IMG/VR virus record: IMGVR_UViG_3300037991_001833
Location: 1-35,689 of that record
Reading direction: 5' to 3' (one strand)
Length of the DNA: 35,689 nucleotides
Origin: a virus
Lineage: Duplodnaviria > Caudoviricetes
Shown here: positions 8,579-16,038 of the stretch, in pieces
Position numbering within the stretch: position 1 is the stretch's first letter
How the letters are laid out: each line of letters starts with the position of its first letter
The notes under the pieces: generated by a model
Told to the model about the DNA's origin: nothing
What the model saw: the letters and a program-made list of their open reading frames with translations, nothing else
Database searches by the model: none
Translations under genes and position numbers: made by a program

Positions 8579-8862
8579 TACCAGTTGTGTGAATAGTATC
8601 TATGGGCATGAGATTCTCTTTTGCTGTTCATAGCATTTCTATCTCTCTCTTCAGGAGTGATAATATATTCAGCATCACTATATGGAAAATCTCCATCAGG
8701 AGTTGGGTCGTAATTGATAACATAATCAAGTTCATCAATAACTTCGCAAAGTTTATCTTCAAAAGCAAAGACCTCCCAATCTCTGCTAGCAGGGTCGATA
8801 GCAAGTTGATCTTCAATATATTTATTGAGATCATTTCTAATTTGTTCTAATTTAGAAGTCAT
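8578..8862 (-). CDS. Hypothetical acidic early protein
   Basis: Stop/start coupled on both sides. Confidence 0.75.
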   Translation of the reverse strand: MTSKLEQIRNDLNKYIEDQLAIDPASRDWEVFAFEDKLCEVIDELDYVINYDPTPDGDFPYSDAEYIITPEERDRNAMNSKRESHAHRYYSHNW

Positions 8863-9155
8863 TTTTTAATCTCCATATAAGGTGAATCGAAATCGTCAAA
8901 AAGGTAGGATTCAGCTTCCCACCAATCGACTATGTAATCAGAATCTAAAATAAAGAAACAAGGATCAAACAGATCAGGATTCTGTTCCATATAATTGTGA
9001 TACCACTCTGCAAAGTATTCATGTAAGTCATCATGTACTTTGAAGTGTTCAGCAATTTCTTTTGCATAAGTTTTACAGGAGTCCTCGAAGTGAACATTTT
9101 TTGAGATCATGTCTAGCTCCTGCATAACTTGATCTGGTAGTGGGTTGTCAATCAT
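8859..9155 (-). CDS. Highly acidic, aromatic-rich early protein
   Basis: D/E-rich 98 aa; ATGA coupling downstream. Confidence 0.75.
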   Translation of the reverse strand: MIDNPLPDQVMQELDMISKNVHFEDSCKTYAKEIAEHFKVHDDLHEYFAEWYHNYMEQNPDLFDPCFFILDSDYIVDWWEAESYLFDDFDSPYMEIKK

Positions 9156-9173
9156 AATTCGCTAGCGAAATTC

Positions 9174-9509
9174 TCAGTTGAAAGTAATTTTTTTAAGATA
9201 AGTATTATTTAATATAGCTCCGATTTTTCTACGTAACTCATCATCTTTATCAGTTTTAGCTTTATGATAATCACGAATTAAATCCTGATAAATTTCAGAT
9301 TTTAATTCAGATTTTTGTTGCTGCAAAATAGATTCGATTGGTTCGATGTCATACATTTCCTCCACTCTGGTAATCCATTTGTAGACTGTTTTATCACTTA
9401 CGCAATAATCAGCAGCAAGTTGAGAAGCTATCTTTGTTTTCTTCACATTGGAACGTAGCATTTCTGCTATGGCTTCAAAGGCTTCGTCACGACTTTCGGT
9501 TATGTTCAT
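9174..9509 (-). CDS. HTH-domain protein
   Basis: KKTKIASQLAADYCVSDKTVYKWI; start reassigned to ATG 9509 by ATGA coupling. Confidence 0.7.
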   Translation of the reverse strand: MNITESRDEAFEAIAEMLRSNVKKTKIASQLAADYCVSDKTVYKWITRVEEMYDIEPIESILQQQKSELKSEIYQDLIRDYHKAKTDKDDELRRKIGAILNNTYLKKITFN

Positions 9510-9724
9510 TCCTCCTCCTCGTCTTCGCAAGTTGTTTCAGCCCAGTGGCAATTTTCACTTACTAATCCATTTTCATAAGTATCAACAGCCCAATCTGCAT
9601 CAGGATCGTAATTATATCCTGATCTATCATAGGCTTCATCTTCATCTTGAGCTTTTACTACATAGTAAGTAGCAGTACACATTCCCCAAAGGACTGTGTA
9701 TGTTTTTTCTTTTGGTTCGTTCAT
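9506..9724 (-). CDS. Small acidic phage protein
   Basis: KTYTV...VKAQDEDEA motif; ATGA coupling at 9721-9724. Confidence 0.7.
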   Translation of the reverse strand: MNEPKEKTYTVLWGMCTATYYVVKAQDEDEAYDRSGYNYDPDADWAVDTYENGLVSENCHWAETTCEDEEEE

Positions 9725-9849
9725 TGACATAAATCCTCAAATCGTTTTTGTACTTCTGCGATAACAAAAGGTTCTAACGCATTAGGAAATTCTTCTTTAA
9801 CTTCTTCGTATAAGTTTTCAAGAATTTCATCATTTACTGGGTGCGACAT
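9721..9849 (-). CDS. Small cyanophage-type peptide, 42 aa
   Basis: Hand-translated MSHPVNDEILENLYEEVKEEFPNALEPFVIAEVQKRFEDLCQ. Confidence 0.7.
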   Translation of the reverse strand: MSHPVNDEILENLYEEVKEEFPNALEPFVIAEVQKRFEDLCQ

Positions 9850-9851
9850 AA

Positions 9852-10010
9852 TTAATACTTTTTTTTGAATTTAAAATTATGAGTATATAAATAAGCAGTA
9901 GCTAGAGTTACGTCAAATTTAGATACTATTTTTTTTAAAACACTAGATCTTGAATGTCCTTGTAAGACTTGTTTTTCTATGTGTTTTTTGATGATTTCTT
10001 TTTTGTTCAT
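9852..10010 (-). CDS. Small basic HTH-like protein, 52 aa
   Basis: Hand-translated MNKKEIIKKHIEKQVLQGHSRSSVLKKIVSKFDVTLATAYLYTHNFKFKKKY; fills the operon gap. Confidence 0.6.
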   Translation of the reverse strand: MNKKEIIKKHIEKQVLQGHSRSSVLKKIVSKFDVTLATAYLYTHNFKFKKKY

Positions 10011-10015
10011 AGTTT

Positions 10016-10546
10016 TTACCAAGATGATTGATAATAGAAGCTATCGAAACATTTACCTGTTCCTGCCATTTTGTTTTGCCAATCTAAACAGGCTTGCATA
10101 CGTTTCTTAGTGTATTCAAGATCCTCAAAATAATACTTATCGTATTCTTGAGAACCGAAGAAACAACCTGTTGTATTAGGTAAGTTAGCTTCTGCCTTTG
10201 CCAGTTTTGTTTTTGGATCGGGTTCAGATAAAATATTGTCAATTTCTTCAACTAACTCTTTTATCTTTTCATCACTAACGTAATGACGATCACAGTTATC
10301 GTTACCACCCTGAACATTTTCAACAAACCAGTTGTGAATACAATTAACTTTTCTCCAATAAGCAATCGGAAGGTTAACTGAATAATAATTCCAGTTAGTT
10401 ATTTCTATTGGAGCGTTTTCAAAGCCAATAGATTCAAGAGTAGTTTCAAAGTCAGGGTCAATTTCAGCGTTTCTTCTGTCATCAAATTTTCTTTCAGTAA
10501 AAGCTCTTGTTGAAAAAGTTCCCTCGAAGTACATATCTAAACCCAT
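10016..10546 (-). CDS. Conserved phage protein (MGLDMY...YWRKxNxIHxWF...YYQSSW family), function unknown
   Basis: Recognisable family motifs. Confidence 0.85.
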   Translation of the reverse strand: MGLDMYFEGTFSTRAFTERKFDDRRNAEIDPDFETTLESIGFENAPIEITNWNYYSVNLPIAYWRKVNCIHNWFVENVQGGNDNCDRHYVSDEKIKELVEEIDNILSEPDPKTKLAKAEANLPNTTGCFFGSQEYDKYYFEDLEYTKKRMQACLDWQNKMAGTGKCFDSFYYQSSW

Positions 10547-10785
10547 TAGTTGCTACCTCCTATTTTTTGTAAAAATTGAATAATGTCAGACATACTATTT
10601 CCAAGCATTTTGATACCTTCACCTAAATCTTTATTAAGCTCAGATTGCTCTTTGTTCAACGCTTGCTGGCTCGTTGCATAGGTAACATTAGCTTCTGCTA
10701 ATTGTCTAACAACATCTTCTAAAGTTGATAATTTCTTATCAAAAGTAGTTAAGGCTTGTAAAACCTTTTGAAAGTCTCTGTCCAT
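10546..10785 (-). CDS. Coiled-coil protein
   Basis: Heptad pattern; stop/start coupled. Confidence 0.7.
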   Translation of the reverse strand: MDRDFQKVLQALTTFDKKLSTLEDVVRQLAEANVTYATSQQALNKEQSELNKDLGEGIKMLGNSMSDIIQFLQKIGGSN

Positions 10786-10812
10786 AAATTTAGAATAAGT
10801 GAATACTTCATA

Positions 10813-10858
10813 ACAATACCATCATATTTGCAATATCGTCAATGCGTTATGCTAGGAT
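10813..10858. promoter_or_regulatory. Divergent promoter pair inside early region
   Basis: Minus: TTGACG-N18-TATTGT with TG. Plus: extended -10 TGcTAGGAT at 10850-10858. Confidence 0.5.
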
Positions 10859-10881
10859 GTTATCGTATCTTAATAAATTAA

Positions 10882-11067
10882 ATGTCTTTAATTAAAACGT
10901 TTTTACTAGAAATTGAAAGTTTAGGCTTCAATCCTTACCAACTCAACTCTTTAACAGAAAATGAGTGGGATATTTTAATAACAAAGGCTTTAAGTAAAGA
11001 TAAAAAATTGTACGAAACATTAATCCTGACTAGGTGCAAACTAAAATTAGAAAAAGGGCTTACTTGA
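10882..11067 (+). CDS. Hypothetical protein, counter-oriented
   Basis: Fills a gap with no minus-strand ORF; has its own -10 element. Confidence 0.6.
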   Translation: MSLIKTFLLEIESLGFNPYQLNSLTENEWDILITKALSKDKKLYETLILTRCKLKLEKGLT

Positions 11068-11362
11068 AGCCCTTCTTTTTTGTTTTGTAATACCTAAAGA
11101 CTAGCTCGAAGCTATGAAGCATTTCATGTTGAAAGACGCATAGTTGAGTCTCCAAGTTATGTTGTTCATCAAGTATGTCCTCATATCTCTGAAGAAAATG
11201 TGACTTTAATTCAGAAATTTGACATAATTTCCTTTGGATCGTTGCTAATTCATCAAATAAATCTTGATCGTTAGTAATTACACGATCAGATAAATTTGAC
11301 ATTTCAGCCAAGTCTTTTTGAGCCTGAATCATTTCAGGATCGGTTGCTTTGTATTCTTTCAT
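11060..11362 (-). CDS. Coiled-coil protein
   Basis: 100 aa; ATGA coupling. Confidence 0.7.
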   Translation of the reverse strand: MKEYKATDPEMIQAQKDLAEMSNLSDRVITNDQDLFDELATIQRKLCQISELKSHFLQRYEDILDEQHNLETQLCVFQHEMLHSFELVFRYYKTKKKGFK

Positions 11363-11538
11363 TCTGATAATTCTCCATTATCTATAGCTTTTTTAGCATC
11401 ATTAATACTTGAATAATCAGTTCCCCATATTTCATAGTATGGGTCATCTTGAAATTCTTTAGCGATATTGTAATAAAGTTTTTGTTGCTCATCATAAAGC
11501 TCATTAATTTGAAAACCTTTGTAAATTTCTTGAATCAT
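11359..11538 (-). CDS. Small phage protein, 59 aa
   Basis: Hand-translated MIQEIYKGFQINELYDEQQKLYYNIAKEFQDDPYYEIWGTDYSSINDAKKAIDNGELSE. Confidence 0.7.
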   Translation of the reverse strand: MIQEIYKGFQINELYDEQQKLYYNIAKEFQDDPYYEIWGTDYSSINDAKKAIDNGELSE

Positions 11539-11576
11539 AAATTTAGAAAAATAAAGAATAAAAAGTAGAAGGTGAG

Positions 11577-12485
11577 CTATTGCTCACCAATTACCATATC
11601 TGCTGCTTTACTAGCATTAGCTAGTGATTTGAAAAGGATTTTTGGATCGCTTTTCAGCATTGGACACCACGCTTCTAAATATGCAGCATGATTTTTTGTA
11701 TCAAGATTAGAAATTTCTAACCTGCTACAAATTAGATAAGCTCCAAGTTCAGCAACTAATTCTTCTTGAGCATAAGTTAAGTCCTTACGATCAAGCCTTT
11801 TCATAGTTGAGTGAATACACTCATGAGCGAAAGTAGCTAGATAAGATTCGTCATTCTTAAAGTTGTATCTTTTTGGAATAACGATTTCATCAGTTGTTGG
11901 TCGATAGTATGCTCTATCGCCACCCTTAACGACTCCTTTAACTTGATGCTCCCATTGGAATAAACGATCATGAGCTTGTTTAACCCGTTCATCCAAAGGT
12001 CTAGGAGCAGAAGTTAAGACAGCCTTATCAATTAGCTCCTGAAGCTTTTTCTCTGACTGCTCATCCATTCCTCGAACATCAGCGACATTAAATACTGGAA
12101 CGCATTTATAACTCATGTAAGAGCCATACTTAGCTTCCCCATTTTCGTCTTTTTCTTTGAGTTCAAAAGACCTTTGTAAGGGCTGCATAATTCGAGCAGA
12201 TTTAGAGCCTTTCTTAGGTAGGCAGCCAATCGACTTGGCCTGACCTCCTCCGATAAATAACGGAAGATGCCAGCCCCTGACCGCAGAAGATATACAGAGT
12301 AAAGCAGGATTTGAACCCTGATATGTTTTCCCTGTTAATAAATTTCTGAAGCCACCTTTAACAGTCCATTCTTTTCGCCATACTGGAACGCCATCCTCTA
12401 AAGCCTTAATTAACTCATTCACAATAAGCTCTTCAGGTTTTACATAAGATTTTTTGCCATTCATTCGGCCATTCATAACAGTCAT
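11577..12485 (-). CDS. ardC: ArdC-family antirestriction protein (ssDNA-binding domain + zincin-like domain)
   Basis: ALEDGVPVWRKEW, N..TGKTYQGSN, PVFNV, RAYYRP..DEIVIP, HECIH (HExxH), YAQEELVAELGA, HAAYLEAW. Confidence 0.9.
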   Translation of the reverse strand: MTVMNGRMNGKKSYVKPEELIVNELIKALEDGVPVWRKEWTVKGGFRNLLTGKTYQGSNPALLCISSAVRGWHLPLFIGGGQAKSIGCLPKKGSKSARIMQPLQRSFELKEKDENGEAKYGSYMSYKCVPVFNVADVRGMDEQSEKKLQELIDKAVLTSAPRPLDERVKQAHDRLFQWEHQVKGVVKGGDRAYYRPTTDEIVIPKRYNFKNDESYLATFAHECIHSTMKRLDRKDLTYAQEELVAELGAYLICSRLEISNLDTKNHAAYLEAWCPMLKSDPKILFKSLANASKAADMVIGEQ

Positions 12486-12534
12486 AATTTTTTTAGGATA
12501 AATGAAAAATTTTTACAGAAAAAAAAAGGGGAAA

Positions 12535-12756
12535 TTATTCCCCAATTTTTATAGTAATTTCGTTGGTAATTTGAGTCTCATCAAATAAAGGCCTCATATA
12601 GTTTTTAAACTTTTCGGCTTTGTATTCTGCTAAAACTCTTAATTCATCATCAGTTATCATTTCATATGATGAGCCTTTTAGTTCATCTAGGCACGCTTGG
12701 AACGTGCCTTGATTTGTTAACGGATAATCTGCAAAATCAACATTTTTGAAAAACAT
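12535..12756 (-). CDS. Hypothetical early protein
   Basis: Tight operon packing. Confidence 0.7.
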   Translation of the reverse strand: MFFKNVDFADYPLTNQGTFQACLDELKGSSYEMITDDELRVLAEYKAEKFKNYMRPLFDETQITNEITIKIGE

Positions 12757-12757
12757 T

Positions 12758-12985
12758 TTAAGCTCCTAATAAATTATCTAAAACACTTTGTTCAACCTTT
12801 TTGGCTTTTAAGCCTCCAAGATATTGTGTAATGTGTTTCTGGGTCGTTCTTGACCAGTTTTTAGAAGTCCTGATGCAGTCCCCATTTTTCAAACGGGCTG
12901 CAACTGGTGTTTCATAAGAAATAAAAATTTCATGTTCTGGAAATTGAAGGAGCGTTTTAGACGCTCCGAGTTTTTTAATCTTCAT
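12758..12985 (-). CDS. Conserved phage early protein (SYxTxVA...SxTTxKH family)
   Basis: FISYETPVAA and WSRTTQKHI motifs. Confidence 0.85.
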   Translation of the reverse strand: MKIKKLGASKTLLQFPEHEIFISYETPVAARLKNGDCIRTSKNWSRTTQKHITQYLGGLKAKKVEQSVLDNLLGA

Positions 12986-13100
12986 TTTTAGTTAGCTCCT
13001 GAAATTCTGGATCGTAAGTGATTTCTAATTTTGGGAATAGATCGAAGGTTGCCCCCCAATCTATGCCAGCAAAATAAATTTCAAATTCTGTTTCAGACAT
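12975..13100 (-). CDS. Small acidic peptide, 41 aa
   Basis: Hand-translated MSETEFEIYFAGIDWGATFDLFPKLEITYDPEFQELTKNED; TAATG coupling. Confidence 0.6.
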   Translation of the reverse strand: MSETEFEIYFAGIDWGATFDLFPKLEITYDPEFQELTKNED

Positions 13101-13396
13101 TAGAAGAACCTCCCAAGAATTGAAAGAATCCAATTTCTTTTTTTAATTACTTTGAATGAAGCAGGAATTGTTATTGCTCCTGAATCATTTTTTGCAACTT
13201 TAAGCACGCTGAACTTTGGAAGCTCAACAGCCTTTACAACTTCAACTCTATGAAAATAGGGTTGCCTTTGATTGAGTGTTTGACACACAGCCAAAGCTTG
13301 TTGTTGTGTTCTACGCTCTGCTACTAGGTTCCATTTAGGAGACTTAGTAGAATAATCAATCCCGTTGAATTGAGTTACCTGATACGCATAAGTCAT
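13100..13396 (-). CDS. First ORF of early operon, hypothetical
   Basis: Amphipathic C-terminus KKRNWILSILGRFF. Confidence 0.7.
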   Translation of the reverse strand: MTYAYQVTQFNGIDYSTKSPKWNLVAERRTQQQALAVCQTLNQRQPYFHRVEVVKAVELPKFSVLKVAKNDSGAITIPASFKVIKKRNWILSILGRFF

Positions 13397-13439
13397 AATT
13401 TAAAAATTAACTTTTGGATAAGTGAACAGTAAAAGAAAA

Positions 13440-13734
13440 GTATTACCTTTTCTCCGTAGGCTGACCTATTGCTCAGGCTCTAAGGCTGTTTGAAAATCTC
13501 AGAGCTAGAAAGTAACTAAGAGAGGTTCAGGAGCTTCAGGGCTGCGAGTAGGTCAGCCTAGAGAGAAAAGAAAAAATCTTTTTATGAAATAATTTTTAGA
13601 TTGATCCGTGGCATCATTTCCCATCTAGCCAAGAAACTTATTGGGGAGTTTCAGAGATCACAAAAGATGAGAGCGAACAAGTCGCAAGTGGCGTCCCGAT
13701 AGGGTCAAAATAAATTATTTATTTTTCAAGGTAC
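13440..13734 (-). ncRNA. Candidate structured leader RNA / ncRNA with two domains
   Basis: No long ORF; perfect 12-bp stem TAGGCTGACCTA/TAGGTCAGCCTA extended by CTTTTCTC/GAGAAAAG; several internal hairpins. Confidence 0.6.
13722..13734 (-). promoter_or_regulatory. boxA-like antitermination element
   Basis: GTACCTTGAAAAA at predicted TSS resembles cyanobacterial rrn boxA GAACCTTGAAAA. Confidence 0.6.
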
Positions 13735-13740
13735 ATTAGT

Positions 13741-13769
13741 AATGTAGTCTATATGCTGCAAAAGTGCAA
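13741..13769 (-). promoter_or_regulatory. Major early sigma70-type promoter
   Basis: TTGCAC-N17-TACATT with AT-rich upstream tract. Confidence 0.7.
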
Positions 13770-13889
13770 GCATTTTATTTACATTTTGTTGTAATTATTA
13801 TTCCTCCGAGAATCGCTTCAGGCAGGCCAAAATTTTGAAGGTACTATAGCATCATTACGCCAGCAGAAGGGTCTTCCTGCGTCTCCTAG

Positions 13890-13940
13890 GCCGCTTAGAG
13901 CGTACAGGGGGGAGGGTTGCAAAAAAAATTTTTACATATG
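13890..13940. other. Candidate packaging (cos/pac) site or genome end
   Basis: GGGGGGAGGG then A8T5 tract in a noncoding, relatively GC-rich gap beside terS. Confidence 0.4.
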
Positions 13941-13995
13941 GTATGCCGAGGAACTTAAATATATATCCGTAATCTTCGTTACTAATAAAGATGTA

Positions 13996-14442
13996 CTACT
14001 TTGTTTCTACTTTAATAGATAGTTCAGGTGCTTGAATATTGACTGTCTCTACTGACTCTCCGATAACCTTACCTAATGAATCTAATATTTGGGCTGCTGT
14101 CTGTAATTGACCTTTTGAAACTGCCTTGTTGAATAATCTAACTCTCATTGCCTGAAGTCTTGGAAGCATATTTTCTCTATCTTTTTCCCAATCTTCGTTA
14201 TTCCATTGTTTCACTCGACTCCAATCGCTCCAAGCGGAAGTTTCTGCGATGCCTTCAATCTTTGCGTGTTCTAAAACTAGCTGTCTTGTAGTTTTACCCT
14301 CAAGTTGACGAGAGTATAATCTTTGACTTCTAGCTTGGATATGCTCTTTTGTATTGCAAGCAAACTTAGAACGTCTTTTTCTTTTTTCTTGTTGTTGTTT
14401 ATGATCTTCTGGAACGAAACCAGACATAAAAGATTCAGCCAC
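13996..14442 (-). CDS. terS: Putative terminase small subunit (GTG start)
   Basis: N-terminal HTH-like segment, helical middle, C-terminal AAQILDSLGKVIGE..VNI; adjacent to terL. Confidence 0.65.
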   Translation of the reverse strand: MAESFMSGFVPEDHKQQQEKRKRRSKFACNTKEHIQARSQRLYSRQLEGKTTRQLVLEHAKIEGIAETSAWSDWSRVKQWNNEDWEKDRENMLPRLQAMRVRLFNKAVSKGQLQTAAQILDSLGKVIGESVETVNIQAPELSIKVETK

Positions 14443-14543
14443 GGACTCAATCAGATAAGGTATTATTTGAATGATAACCTAGAAAATGTAAATTAGGCTA
14501 TAAAAAGGGGGTAATAGTTGAAAAATTTGTTATTTTTTAGTGT

Positions 14544-15800
14544 ATGCCTGTAAAAACCGCACCAGAAATCAGTTTAAGATATGCCCAGGGCCAAGTTTTT
14601 AACTGTGAAAAACGATTTCGTGTCCTCGTAGCTGGTCGAAGATTCGGAAAATCATATTTATCTTGTATTGAATTAATTCGTGGAGCGATAAATCGACCAG
14701 GGGAGACATATTTTTACTGTGCACCGACATATCGCATGGCAAAAGACATTGCATGGAAAGAATTAAAGAGATTAGTCCCAAAAATCTGGATAAAAAGCAA
14801 AAATGAGACAGATTTAAGGATCGAATTGATTAATGGATCGACAATCGAGTTAAAAGGAACAGAAAATGCGATGGCTTTGAGGGGAAGAAGTCTTTCGGGG
14901 GTGGTATTAGATGAAGCAGCGTTTATGGATCAAGATGTATGGGCGGAAGTTATCAGACCAGCTTTAGCAGATAAGCAGGGGTGGGCGTTGTTTATTTCTA
15001 CACCTGATGGAACTGCGAGTTGGTTTTATGATATGTGGTGTTTTTGCGGAGAAACTGATCGAGATGATTGGCAAAGGTGGAGTTTTACTACGATTGAAGG
15101 GGGTAATGTCGCTCCAGAAGAAGTCGAAGCAGCTAGAGGTCAATTAGATTCGAGAACATTTAGACAGGAATTTGAAGCTAGTTTTGAGAATCTTACTGGT
15201 TTAGTAGCGATTAGTTTTGATGATGAGAATATTTCTAAGGAAGTGCAGGATTTACATATGATGCCTTTGTTAATCGGATTAGATTTTAACGTAGATCCGA
15301 TGGCAGGAATTTGTGCTGTAAAGCATAATGATTGTCTTTATGTGTTTGATGAGATCATGTTGACGGGCGGAGCAACAACTTGGGATTTTGCAGAAGAGGT
15401 TACAAGAAGATATGGGGTAGATCGAAGAGTAATTGCGTGTCCTGACCCTACGGGTAGTGCAAGAAAAACCAGTGGAGTGGGTGTTACTGACCATACGATC
15501 TTAAGAAGGAATGGTTTTACTGTTATGAGTCCTAAATCACCCTGGAAGATCAGAGATAAGATAACTTCTGTTAATACTGCTTTGCTTGATGCAAATGGAG
15601 ATCGAAGAACTTTTATTCACCCAAGATGTAAAGAGTTAATAAAATCTCTCAGAACTCTCACTTACGCTCCAAATACAGGTATGCCAAACAAAAACCTGGG
15701 GGTTGATCATGCTTTTGACGCTTTCGGTTATCTTTGTTTGCAACAATTTAACCTTGCCAAACCAGAGACATTAGGCCAAACTTCGTTTAGAATATATTAA
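14544..15800 (+). CDS. terL: Terminase large subunit
   Basis: Walker A AGRRFGKS, Walker B VVLDEAA, FISTP, RNase H GLDFN and DHAFDA. Confidence 0.95.
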   Translation: MPVKTAPEISLRYAQGQVFNCEKRFRVLVAGRRFGKSYLSCIELIRGAINRPGETYFYCAPTYRMAKDIAWKELKRLVPKIWIKSKNETDLRIELINGSTIELKGTENAMALRGRSLSGVVLDEAAFMDQDVWAEVIRPALADKQGWALFISTPDGTASWFYDMWCFCGETDRDDWQRWSFTTIEGGNVAPEEVEAARGQLDSRTFRQEFEASFENLTGLVAISFDDENISKEVQDLHMMPLLIGLDFNVDPMAGICAVKHNDCLYVFDEIMLTGGATTWDFAEEVTRRYGVDRRVIACPDPTGSARKTSGVGVTDHTILRRNGFTVMSPKSPWKIRDKITSVNTALLDANGDRRTFIHPRCKELIKSLRTLTYAPNTGMPNKNLGVDHAFDAFGYLCLQQFNLAKPETLGQTSFRIY

Positions 15801-15818
15801 GAGTTTCCTTGTTTCCTC

Positions 15819-15896
15819 ATGTATTATTCCACTACAAAGAAGAAGAAGAAAAAGAAGAAGGGAGGTAAAAAACGTGGCGAATGTTCCTGTAAATAA
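15819..15896 (+). CDS. Poly-Lys peptide, 25 aa
   Basis: Hand-translated MYYSTTKKKKKKKKGGKKRGECSCK. Confidence 0.5.
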   Translation: MYYSTTKKKKKKKKGGKKRGECSCK

Positions 15897-16038
15897 AACT
15901 CTTTACGCTAGAGTAAAAGCCGAAGCCAAGCGTAAGTTCAAAGTATATCCTAGTGCTTATGCTAATGCGTGGCTTGTACGAGAGTATAAGAAACGTGGCG
16001 GTACTTATCGAGTGGAGAGAAAAAGTGGCAAGAAGTAG
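15874..16038 (+). CDS. Basic protein, DUF5872-like N-half
   Basis: GTG start after GGAGG; LYARVKAEAKRKFKVYPSAYANAWLVREYKKRGGTY. Confidence 0.8.
   Translation: MANVPVNKTLYARVKAEAKRKFKVYPSAYANAWLVREYKKRGGTYRVERKSGKK

Noticed and set aside
10016-10546. Phosphoglycerate kinase label sometimes attached to this family
   Set aside because: Too short and lacks PGK motifs; not an auxiliary metabolic gene
13602-13616. Sixth C-CGT-G hairpin, TGATCCGTGGCATCA
   Set aside because: On the plus strand, antisense to the predicted leader, and needs a bulge next to the cap; not counted
13440-13720. tRNA or hammerhead ribozyme in the leader
   Set aside because: No T-loop/anticodon cloverleaf and no CUGANGA...GAAA core in the right geometry was found
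15953-16024. N-terminal extension of track ORF 15953..16279
   Set aside because: Overlaps a better ORF in another frame; GTG 16025 with GGAG is the more plausible start
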